A stretch of 64,000 bases of DNA from Vicugna vicugna (lineage: Eukaryota). The DNA lies in the NCBI GenBank assembly GCA_013265495.1, contig MU058198.1:6897779-6961778 (forward strand), given 5' to 3'. The notes under the pieces were generated by a model. The model was not told the DNA's origin. It worked only from the letters and a program-made list of their open reading frames with translations, and did no database searches. The translations under genes and the position numbers were made by a program. Positions 1-14,085 of this stretch are shown here, in pieces (the first letter of the stretch is position 1; each line of letters starts with the position of its first letter).

Positions 1-1267
1 CCTCATCCTCTTCCTTTTCTTACCTCAGAAAAACACCCCCCCTCCAAACTCCATTGTGCAGGGTCTGGTCTAGAGCAGGAGAGCCAGTGTCTCCAGCTCC
101 CTGGCTTCCCTTGAGGATAACCCGCAGGGTCCTTTGAAGACAGCGGTTCTCACCTAGCATTCATGAGTACTAAGGGGGCCATGAACCCCCTGAAAGTCCA
201 TGCAAATGCGTGTTGATGCAGTTGGAGTTTTAGGACAAAAAGTTTATTTGTTCATCCAGTCCTCCAACAAATATTTATTGAAACTCTGTTTTAGGTGCAC
301 TTACTTGTAATTAAGACCAGTGTGGGTAGGGTAAGGACTTCCCTGAGCTTACAGTCTGGGTGGGGAGACAGATATTGATTAATTATAGCATAACTCTCTG
401 ATTCTCAAGCAGAAAAGCGAGGATTTTCCTGCTGGGAGACAAGAATTAACAAAGTAACAGCTAGGCAGAGTATCAGGAATTTGGATACTTCGTCAGCTCT
501 CAGGCCAGGGCCCTCCCTTTGCCTTCTGAGACCTTCTCAGTGGCAGCCCCAGTGCTCTCTGCTCCCCTCTGTTGTCCTGAGGGAAGCTCCCCACCAACCC
601 CAACCATCACTTGCTACAAAGAGATCATTATACTACAGAACTTAGGGTACATAACTTTTTATACAGGGCTTGCAAAATGTTTTCACATCCTCGGTTTTTT
701 TGAGCTTTACCTTGCAGCACCTGCAGGAGATACAGGAATCATGACTCCCTACCATAGTACCCATGGAGAAGCTGAAGCTCAGAGAGTTTCTGTAATTTGC
801 CCAAGGTCACATAGCAGAGCCTGCCCTAGGACACTGTAAAAGCCTCCAAAGTCACCCCTAGAGTGGGACAGTTGGCCGACCCACTAAGTCTGTCTGGTCT
901 CAGGAGGCTGATCAGGCCCAACCAGGAGAACCTCCAGATTGTGCATCCAGCTTAGGAGTCAAGCTGTATTCTGGTCCAGGCCCTGGCCCCACCATGGACT
1001 TGCTGTGTGACCTCGGGCAAGTCACTCTAGTTCTCCAAGGCTGTTTCTTCCTAGGTAAAATGGTGAGGAGGGCACCCTCAAAGCATGGAGTCAAGGATAT
1101 GGGAGCAGAAGTTCACTGAACAGTGGGTGAATTGTTCCTCTGGGCAACCGCAAGTGTTCATCTAGAGGGGGTGGAGTTACACTGGTCTAGGGGGTCATTC
1201 CTACCCCACCCCACCCCTGTGACAGAGAGGGACCCAAAGGGCTGATCATGACACCTCCTCTCCGCAG

Positions 1268-3272
1268 GACCTACTTCCCATTTCCCTGTTCTGGGCTGAA
1301 TCAGCTGGCAGCTGTGGTTTCCAAATGGTGAGGTGGGCAAGAAGGCGGGGTGGAGTGTCCCTTCCCTCCTCCTTAGTCCCATCGCATCACTGCCTTTGCT
1401 ACCCCACCCCCACCAGGCTCATCATGAGGAAAAGTCTGATCCAACACCTGGAGCAGCGAGGGGTACAGGTGAGCAAGTGGGTTGTTCCTAGGGGGAGCCC
1501 AGCACAGCTCTGCTACTGACTGGCTGGGTCACTTGAGCAGGTCACCTTCTGAGTCTCAGTTTCCTTGTCTGTCAAATGGGGTAATGGTATATTTAACTCT
1601 TCTGGATATGCAACTGGTACTTAGTCAAGGCTTGATCAAGGCTGATGATGATGATGATGATGATGTATCAAACCCTCCTGATTCCTGATGACGGGGGTTG
1701 GGAAGAGACCAGAGAAGGAAAAGACCAGCCCAGACCATCCCCTCCCTCTCCCCTGAGCATCAGCTCTGTTTAATTAGCAGACCTTTGTTGAGAACTAAGT
1801 GTTGAGAACACAGTTCCAGGCACTGTGCTCCCAGGGAAGGAGCAGGGAGCCTGTCATCAAGGGCAGAGGAGGAAAGGAAGCAGGCATCGCAGAGGCAGCC
1901 AGCAGACAGAAAGGAAACAGAGTGCTGCGGTCTGTGGGGTCAGTGAAGGCCTTCTGGAAGAAATGAGAAGCCCACTCGCAGGGAAGGGAAAGGGAGGGCA
2001 TGTCAGGCAGGAGGCTCAGCACAGGGGAAGGGTGGGAGGAGCAAGAGGCCAGCAGAGGAACGAAGAGGGGTCCCTCCAGGCTGCTGTCTAGAGGAAGTGG
2101 TACAACGGGAGCTGGAGAAGGCAGCAGAGGCAGCGGCAGGCAGCCTGTGAACCTCAGTAAGGAGCCTGGACTTCAGCCCAAAGGGAAGGGGAGCTTCTCA
2201 GGGGCTTAAGCAGGGGAGAGACCTGATCCAGTTGAGGCTTATTGAGTGAGGGTCACTCTTGCCATCACATGGAGAAGTGATCGTGGGTAGCAGAGTCTCA
2301 CTAGGAGGCTAATGTGGACACTGACAGGACTGGGGCTGAGGTGGCAGCAGTGGGGATGGATGAAGAGTTAAGTCAGAGACAGGCCAGGACTCAGCCACTG
2401 ATTGGCTGTTGGGGGGAGTGAGACATAGGGATGACACAGCTCTTTCAGATCAGCCCTCCTGCTCCATGGGTCTTCACCACAGCTCTGGGAGGTTGGACCA
2501 TCACTCTCATTTGCCAGAGTAAGAAACTGAGAGGTCCAGTGACTTGCCCAGGGTTCAAATACCATCTCCACCTACTTCAGTGCCCACAGGAGAAGACTCA
2601 GGAGGCAGGAAAGAGGCAGAGCAGCAGCAGATATGGGCAGGCTGGGAGGCACTGGTGGGCTGGTAAATGTTCCACAACCAGCTTTCCCCGGGGAGGGGGT
2701 TGGAACACCTGATTTGAGCATGAGATAATTTCTCTGCTGTATTTACTCCCACCTTGGCCAATTTCAGGCTACCAACATGAAGTCACTCAACAGAGTTGGG
2801 ATGAGATGCATGGTAGCACACCATTATATAGTATTTCCATCTTATACATTCAATAGCTGTAGATAATCTCCAGAATATAGGTAATGGTAAAATGTCATAA
2901 AATAACGAGGAAGTGATGAGTTTTGAATATTTATTACTGAATTGTAAGTTTCTATAATATTTAATAATGGCTGCATTTAATAACCAGTTTGCAAAATTCC
3001 TGAAAATGTAACAACCAGCTCCAGTACAGTACTGCTGGGAAGTCTCCACAGAGGAGAGCACCCCACATCTGGGTACAAGGGGAAGTGCCAAGTAAAGTTG
3101 TTGGGGAACTGCAAGCCTGTCCCTCCCCACTCAGGTGATATTTTGGTGCCTTAATGAAGAATCAGATTTTAAAGCAGCCTTCGACCTGGGGGCCACTGGC
3201 GTCATAACTGATTACCCAACAGCCCTGAGGCGCTACCTGGACAACCATGGACCACCTGCCCCATCCTACTAA
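1268..3272 (+). CDS. GDPD3: Lysophospholipase D GDPD3, last three coding exons (5' part lies upstream of the window)
   Basis: Exons 1268-1327, 1417-1468 and 3135-3272 have AG/GT boundaries and translate to TYFPFPCSGLNQLAAVVSKW-LIMRKSLIQHLEQRGVQ-VIFWCLNEESDFKAAFDLGATGVITDYPTALRRYLDNHGPPAPSY*. This is the GDPD C-terminus with the GVITDYP motif. AATAAA at 3318-3323. Syntenic with YPEL3. Confidence 0.93.
2650..3034. mobile_element. hAT-family DNA transposon fossil (MER63-like)
   Basis: Degenerate terminal inverted repeats (CACTGGTGGGCTGG ... CCAGTACAGTACTG), 7/8-identical 8-bp flanking duplication (CTGGGAGG 2642-2649, CTGGGAAG 3035-3042) and an AT-rich interior. Family name from recall. Confidence 0.65.
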
Positions 3273-4439
3273 CCCAGAGTTCCTCACCCGTCACCCCCTC
3301 CTCTGTTTCTCTTCCCCAATAAATATGCTCTTTTCAGTCATGTCTTTGTGCTTGGCGGGGTTTGGGGGTGGAGTGGTTAGAGCCTAGAAGACTGCAAAGA
3401 TGGCAGCTTGAGGCAGAAGAGGCCACCCAAGAGGCCAGCTGAGGGCCAGAGTCTGAGGCCCTAACCATCCTGACCCACTGGTTCCACCACATTCCAGACC
3501 CAGAGTGATGCCACACCCTGTGGCAACCTGACCTCCACTCTCTTCAGGAATGTCCCTTGCAAGGCCCTCTGCCCCTTCCGGGCCACAGACAATGGTTCCA
3601 TTCTCCTGAGGCCATTAAGAGCCCCAGACACGTAGCAAGGGACTCGATTTGCCCCTGTGGGCCTCCTTGCCTGGCTTTAGAGGGTGGGCATGGCAGGCCC
3701 ATCTGCTACCTCAGCTGTTCCAACCTTCCATTCCCAAGTCTCCCACTCCAGAAGCTCTCTGAGTTCCTCAACCCTCTCCAGCCCTACTACCTTATTCATT
3801 TAATGAATCACATATTTCACAAAGGTTTATTGACTACTCTAGGCCAGGCTGGGTACTAGGGCTACTGCAGGAAACACGGCAAGTCTAGTATGGCAGACAC
3901 ATGTTTAAACACGTTTTCAACCGAGTTCGGAGGAGAGAAAGGAAAAGGGGGAAGCCCACAGCAAGCCCTAACCCTGCCTGGAGGGGTAGGGTATCAGAGG
4001 AGGCTGCCTGGAAGAGGTGATGCACAACAGTAGGAACTGGCTTGTTCTGAGGCTCTGGCTCCCTGGGGTCTAACACGGATGGTCACCTTTAGCTCTTCCC
4101 ATTCAAGAGTTGGTCCCCGGTGCTATAGCAAAGACGGTGAAATCAGACCAAAGTGAGAATCGCAACTTTGCCTCTTGCCAGGCGGTTACACTTTGGAGAG
4201 CTGCTAGACGTCTGTGAACCTCAGTTACCCAGTAAAATGGGAACAATAGCGGAAGCTGCCTCCCAGGATTGCTGTGAGGATTAAGGGAGTGGGGCACCAG
4301 TGCTGGGTAAAGGCAGATAATTATGACTATTATTTTCCTGGAGTGTGCATCCAGACACCATCCCGCTCCTAACCCCATGCCAGGTCAGGTACCTCAGATC
4401 GTCGCCCCCTCAAAGACCGCAGGAGGCCAAGGAGGGGAC

Positions 4440-4900
4440 GACTAGACCCAGGCCGCGGGGCTGGCCAGCTGGGTTGCCGGCCGCAGCCGCATTTCCGGGC
4501 CGGCGGGAGCCGGGAGCAGGGGGAAGGGCAGCCCAGGCCTGCGCTGGCCGCTGTGTGACGCGCCCCCTCATTTGCATGCTGCATGCCGATTGGTCACGGC
4601 GGCCGCCGGGACCAGGGGCCGGCCCCCTCCCCCTCCCGCCGCAGCGGCGGCAGCAGCTGGTCTCGGTGTAAACAAGTCGCGGCGGCTGCGAACCCGGGCC
4701 GGGGGGGGACGGCGCCCACCAGGAGCGCCCCCCACTCCCAGGCCAGGCCACCCCGGCGGACCGGGCCTCCGCGCGCCCAGGCGAGGTGAGGACTGCATCG
4801 TCAGGGCTGCGCGTCGCCCCGCGCCCCCGCCCCGCCAGAGAGGACTGCCCTCCTCCCCCGGCGCCCGCCCCCCACCCTCGCGCCCCAGGTGAGCCCCGGG
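4440..4900 (+). promoter_or_regulatory. YPEL3: YPEL3 CpG-island promoter and non-coding exon 1
   Basis: CpG-dense. TGACG half-CRE (~4556), octamer ATTTGCAT (4570-4577), reverse CCAAT (ATTGG ~4589), forkhead GTAAACAA (~4668) and donor GAG|GTGAGG (~4786). Confidence 0.75.
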
Positions 4901-5526
4901 GTCTCAGGTAAGGCTCCGCGATGCAGGTAAGATCCCCTCGGTATAGACGAGGCCTCAGCGCCCCCAGGTAAGATCCCCTCCCCTCCTAGGTGACCCTCCA
5001 CCTTCAGTGAGGCCTCCTGCCTTCTCCAGGTGAGGGATCCTCTCTCGGGGTGAACTCCTTGTACCTCAAGTGAAGTCACACCCCCCACCCCAACCCTGGC
5101 AGTTCAGAAGAGGTCCTAAGGACCTCCTAACCCGTCCATTGCTACTCCTAAAGGGAGAACTGACAGCTCATCCACTCTAGAGCCCCTTCCTCCAGTTTCA
5201 ATTGCCAGGTCAGCAGGGGTGAGGCCCAAAGCAGATGGGTGACTCATCTGGGGCTCCTCCTTGCCTCAGTTTCCCCTTTGATGCAATTTGAGGCCTCCTC
5301 AGTGAGTCAAAACTGAGACGACTCTGGCCCCTGGAGAGGCTGCTGGCTCTGGGGAGAGGAGACAGCAGCCAAGTGTGACAGAGAGAGTCCCCATGGCCCA
5401 GGGTGTGCCTGCATGTGTGTGGCCTGGGTCCTGACAGCACACTCACTCCCTCCCCTGCAGGCACTGGGCTCCCTCTGCTCCCCGTGGGCCGCTCCCCGCG
5501 TGGGGCCACTGCCCCCGGCCCCCGCC

Positions 5527-7578
5527 ATGGTGCGGATTTCAAAGCCCAAGACGTTTCAGGCCTACTTGGATGATTGTCATCGGAGGTATAGCTGTGCCCA
5601 TTGCCGAGCTCACCTGGCCAACCACGACGACCTCATCTCCAAGGTAACCAGGTCACAGTTGGGGCTGGAATGGGAGGCTAGCGGGGCTGCCTGGCAGCTC
5701 CCCACCAATAACCCTGACCTCCCCTCCTTTCTCCTTCCCACCCTTTAGTCCTTCCAGGGCAGTCAGGGGCGTGCCTACCTCTTCAACTCTGTGTGAGTAT
5801 TCAGTCTCCTTTCTTTACCTGTTGTGATCTGTAACCCCTGGCATCATGCTGAGACTCCCGAGTCCCCTGGTTTAGGCAGGAAGCTGTGATCGCCCTTCTC
5901 TTGAATGCTAAGGACAGACACAGTTGGATACAAGCTAGAGGGGGGCTCTCTGATGGCGGGACCCTCCCTGGGACTGCCCCCGTGTCCCCACAGGGTGAAC
6001 GTGGGCTGCGGGCCAGCCGAGGAGCGGGTGCTGCTGACAGGCCTCCATGCTGTCGCTGACATCCACTGCGAAAACTGCAAGACCACTTTGGGCTGGAAAT
6101 ATGTGAGTCAGTGACCTCTGACCCCAGGCTAGCCTTTGATCTGACCTCACATCACCTCCTCCTCACAAGCAGTCATCTAGTAATCTTTCAGAGTGTAGAG
6201 GCCCAGCTCACCCATGTTATTCTCTGACCATGTTCTCCTCTCTCACATCCTGAAAGGGCTTTTAGAATTTTTCTCTTAACTCATCCTTCTCCTCACAGGC
6301 ACAAGCAGTCCCATTTTAGAGATGAGATATAATCAGAATTACCATTTATTGCATGTTTACGTGCCAGGCACTGTTATTTACTTGGCATGTATTAGCTCAT
6401 TCAATCATCACAGCAATCCTGTAAGTAGTCTGTTATTATCTCACTTTACAAAAGAAGAAAGGAAGACCCAGAGATGTTAGGTAACTTCCCCAAGGTCACA
6501 CACACTGGTAAGTAACAGAATAGGGACTAGAATCCTTGTGTTGTTTTTTAACTCCAAACCCTTGACCACCAGCTTCTCTTGCCATTCAGAGATCAGAGAA
6601 GTTGCCCAAGACCCCCCAGCAACATGGAGCTTGGGTCCATGAGCCTCCTTTTCCACTGCCCTCATTGCCACTGCTGCTGTTCACAGTCTGGTATCACTAC
6701 CCTGAGTCTCATTTCTTTAGCTGGCAGTGGAGGATAAAGCCACCACCTGGCACCCACGATTGTCATGGGGATCAGATTAGATGCAGCAAAAGAAGATGCT
6801 CTTGGGAAACTGCAAGGGGCAGGATTCCTCAGGGATCTCGTGGCACTGTGGTGCCTCTGTGAGGTGGATGCCCCAGGCAGAGACAGAATTCTGACCCTGG
6901 CCCTGCCACAGATTTGCTTTGTGTCCCTGGACAGGTGGTTTGGCCTCTCTGGGCCTCTGTAAAATAAAGAGGTGGCCTAATCCAGAGGTCAAAAACTCAA
7001 GTGCTTGCATCAAAAACTCAAGTGCTTACAGGGCAAAACAGATACTGTGGATCTGCAAAAGGGGCAACATAAATCTAGAGATGGGGGCAGGCTGGCAAAT
7101 GGGAGTGACATGGCCTGCCCCGTATTATAGTGTTTTAAAGTTACTTTTATTAAACTGCTGGCCAAACAAAACACATGAATAGGTCAAAACTGGCCCTCAG
7201 GCTACCAGTTTGTAATCCCTGGGCCTTTTAGAAATATCCATATTCTCTCTGTTGGGGCCAACTTTAGTACTTAAAAATTCTGTAATTCAGAGAGTTTTGT
7301 CTATCTCCTGTTAGTGAGAAACCTGGCCCTGCCATTTACCAGCTCTGTGTCTGTGGGCAAGTGGCCTGGCTTCTTTGGGTGACAGTTTACTTCTATGTAA
7401 AGTGGGGCCAGTCATACCCACTCCCCAACCCCTGTCCCGTTTGGCAAGGCCCTAGCTCCAAGGATGACAGCCTCTCCCCTCTTTTCAGGAACAGGCCTTT
7501 GAGAGCAGCCAGAAGTACAAAGAGGGGAAGTACATTATTGAACTCAACCACATGATCAAAGACAACGGCTGGGACTGA
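5527..7578 (+). CDS. YPEL3: Yippee-like 3 (119 aa)
   Basis: Exons 5527-5643, 5749-5792, 5994-6102 and 7489-7578 total 360 nt: [14 protein letters not shown]...CAHC...CENC...KDNGWD*, with two CxxC zinc motifs. Strong Kozak GCCATGG. AATAAA at 7959-7964. An in-frame upstream ATG at 5413 gives a longer form. Confidence 0.97.
6982..7222. mobile_element. Degenerate hAT (MER45/MER58-like) element with an internal 18-bp tandem duplication
   Basis: CAGAGGTCAAAAACT ... AGTTTGTAATCCCTG TIR-like ends. TCAAAAACTCAAGTGCTT occurs at 6989 and 7010. A related copy lies at ~44345-44670. Confidence 0.5.
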
Positions 7579-8229
7579 CTCCTGTTCTGACGCATGTGGC
7601 TCCAGCCCGGCCTGGCCGCCAGGGGGCGCCACTGGCTTCCCTCTACCCGAAGGGAGCTCTGGACCCTCAGGGCCCCTGCAGTGGAAGGATCCAGCTCCTG
7701 TACATATATTTTATTGCATGCACTGTGACCTTGGTGGGAGATCAGAAAGTGGACAAGGTGGACGACACCCCCGCACCTCCCTGCGATCTGGCTGGCTTGG
7801 ATCTCATTTTTAACCCCTTCCTGCCCCGCCTGCCCTATAGATATGGCCTGTGTGCTGCTCTTTTGGCCCCAGTGCACCATCTGCCCTATGAACTTCTCCC
7901 ACTGGGCCCCTCTTACCCCGCGCGTGTCTGCTCCCCTTGTTCTGTAGCGTTTGTACATAATAAAACAATGGATTGGAGACAGCCCCAGGCTCACGTGGAA
8001 TGCGGGAAGGGGGGTACTCAAATGTACATTCCTGCCTTTGTAGACCTGTTCCCTTCTGAATCCCAGAAGCATGGGGTAGGCTCAGCGGTCAAAGCTGGGA
8101 GCCTGCACTCACGGGGCTCAGCTATCTTCTCTAGCACCCAGGGCGGGTCTCACTGCCTGTGGAGATTCCGGAGCCCACTCTGGTCTCTATTCCTTGACCT
8201 CAGCTGATCAGCGTTTTCTCAGCCTAAGT

Positions 8230-8460
8230 TTTGCCGCCGCCTAGGGGCAGCTCTCCTGGGAGGCAACCGCACCGCCACTTTAGCGAGGTCCCTCGTCTCA
8301 ACTACAATTTCCAGCGGCCCCAGCGGCATTTGCTTGTCTGCTCCGCGCGGAACCTCGGCGGTGGGCCTGCTGGGAAGTGTAGTTCCGCGGGTTTCCCAGC
8401 GCGGGACCTTCTGGGAAATCCAGGCGCCAGCAGTCAGAGCGTGGAGCTGTGGGCGTCTTT
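8230..8460. promoter_or_regulatory. CpG-rich element upstream of TBX6 with an inverted pair of ZNF143/THAP11-type motifs
   Basis: ACTACAATTTCCAGC (8301-8315) and GCTGGGAAGTGTAGT (8369-8383, reverse complement ACTACACTTCCCAGC). CTCF-like CCGCCTAGGGGCAGC at ~8237. Confidence 0.6.
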
Positions 8461-8771
8461 AAACTTTTGAGACTTAGCCGAGGGTGGGGTTTTTTCAGAA
8501 TGGGAACCAGGAAAGACTCCAGGGTTCAGGTCTCGGCTTCGGACTCCTCAGGATCCCTGATGCCCGGCATAACAATAAGTTCAGGCCGCGTCCCTCTAGC
8601 CCTGCTCCTTCCCTCCAGTCATGCTTCATCCCTCCAAGTCTCATCGTCCAAGTGAAGAAGGATCACCTGCCAGGAAAGTCCGGGGCGCCAAGGTCTGCCC
8701 CAGGACTCTAGGCTCCATCCCAGGGTCTAGGCCCCGCCCATCAGTAGCTGATCCCTAGCCGGGGCTCCCCC

Positions 8772-8779
8772 CGTGGGAA
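8772..8779 (+). promoter_or_regulatory. RBPJ/CSL (Notch) binding site upstream of the TBX6 ATG
   Basis: Perfect CGTGGGAA about 350 bp before the ATG. Notch input on Tbx6 is established in mouse. Confidence 0.6.
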
Positions 8780-9122
8780 CGGGGACCAGCTGGCCGGAAG
8801 CGCCAAACTGCGTCCCTGTCGAGCTCCGGGGATCAATCAGGCCGAGGAGTTAATTATGTAATTAGGGGGCAGGGGGTTGGGGCTAATGAAGCCTGGGGGT
8901 GGGTGGGGAGGGGAGAAGGGGAGGGTATCCAGGTATCCGGCCCCCTCTTGGACCCCTTCCAGGCCCCAGGGGTCTCCACCCCAGCCCAACTCCAGGGCCC
9001 CAAAGAGGGGAGGGGCTGTGATCCTGGGTCTGGAAGGGGCTGAGCTGTGAGCTATAAAGGGGGCATCTCTCAGCACTGGGGCATTCTAGGCAGCGTGACC
9101 CGAGACCAGACAGAACTACTCC

Positions 9123-12899
<3,777 letters not shown>

Positions 12900-14085
12900 G
12901 CCTTTGCTGAGCCCTTGTGTCCCTCCCTGTCCTCCACCACAGGCTTCCAGCCCCCTTCCCCCAGGCCTGTAGCCCCCTCACTTCCACTGGCCCCATCCCC
13001 CACACCAAATGGCTGCCTTGGGCCTCCCCCACCCCACTTCACACTTTGATTTCACTCCCACCCCCCTCTGGCTTCAAAGCTGTGGCTAAGCTGCTGGGAG
13101 TCCAGCTGGGGCCAGCTTCCCCTTCCCGGCTCTCACCTCGGTGTGAATGGAGGGAGGCTCTGCTTGGCCAAATGGGGCCTAGGACCAGCACTCCCACCTC
13201 CCTGGCCTCACTCTTGGGCTCAGCGAGCTCTACCCTCGAGCTCTACCCTCTCGCCCCAGTGCAAGCCACACCGGTCTATTCTCAGGACCAGAGTATTTTT
13301 GTTAATAAAACTCGAAAAACATCAGTGCTCTAGAAACATTGGGCTAACAGTGTTCGGCCCCAGGGTGGGGCTGGATGAGCAAAGATTTTGTGAGGAGACC
13401 CAGGCACCAACCTAGATCTGTCATTTTCAGCTGTCTGACCTTGTGCGTTTAAAACAACACTCTGGGCCTGTTTCCTTTTCAGGGAAAATAGTGGAATCAA
13501 TGTCTTGACATTCAATGCCTTGAGAATTAAATAGTACTGCCTGAGAACCCAGCCCTCTACCTAGCACCCAGGAAGCCCTCAGGAGTGGTCACTGTCACTG
13601 GATGGGGACCAGGAGGTCCCCCTGGGTGTGGTCTGGCGAAAGCCTCACCTTCCTGGCAGGATTAGGGTTCTGGGGCTGTCACGGTCCTGATGTCTACCCG
13701 GCATCCCTGGCTGGCATCACTGCTCGTCCCCAATTGAGCCTGACACAAACCAAAAGGCCATTTTTCTTTTTTTATTAAAATTTTTTTTACTAAAAATTTT
13801 TATCTAAAAACAAACCAAAAAAAAAGAAAAAGAAAAAAAAAGAAAGAAGAAAAGAAAAACAAATTACCGGAAACTTCATGGTTCAAGTGGGGAGATGGGA
13901 GGAGGCGCATGGAGCTGAGGCTCCGAGCCTCTCCAGAAAAGTCCTCACCCTCGAAATGCCCTCTTTTGTGGGGAGAGCAGAGCCAGGGACAGCCCCCTCC
14001 ATGCCCAGCCTCCGTCTGGAGAAGAGGGCAGAGTCACAGTGGTCCGGGGGCCAGAGGGGCTGGAGAGGGGCAGGGGCCGAAGGAG

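Noticed and set aside
4886..5076. CRISPR-like repeat/spacer array
   Set aside because: Mammalian intron, degenerate ~9-nt cores with ~11-nt spacers, and no cas genes.
7485..8207. 195-aa and 203-aa ORFs on both strands
   Set aside because: They span the YPEL3 3'UTR and poly(A) site, with no splice or domain support.
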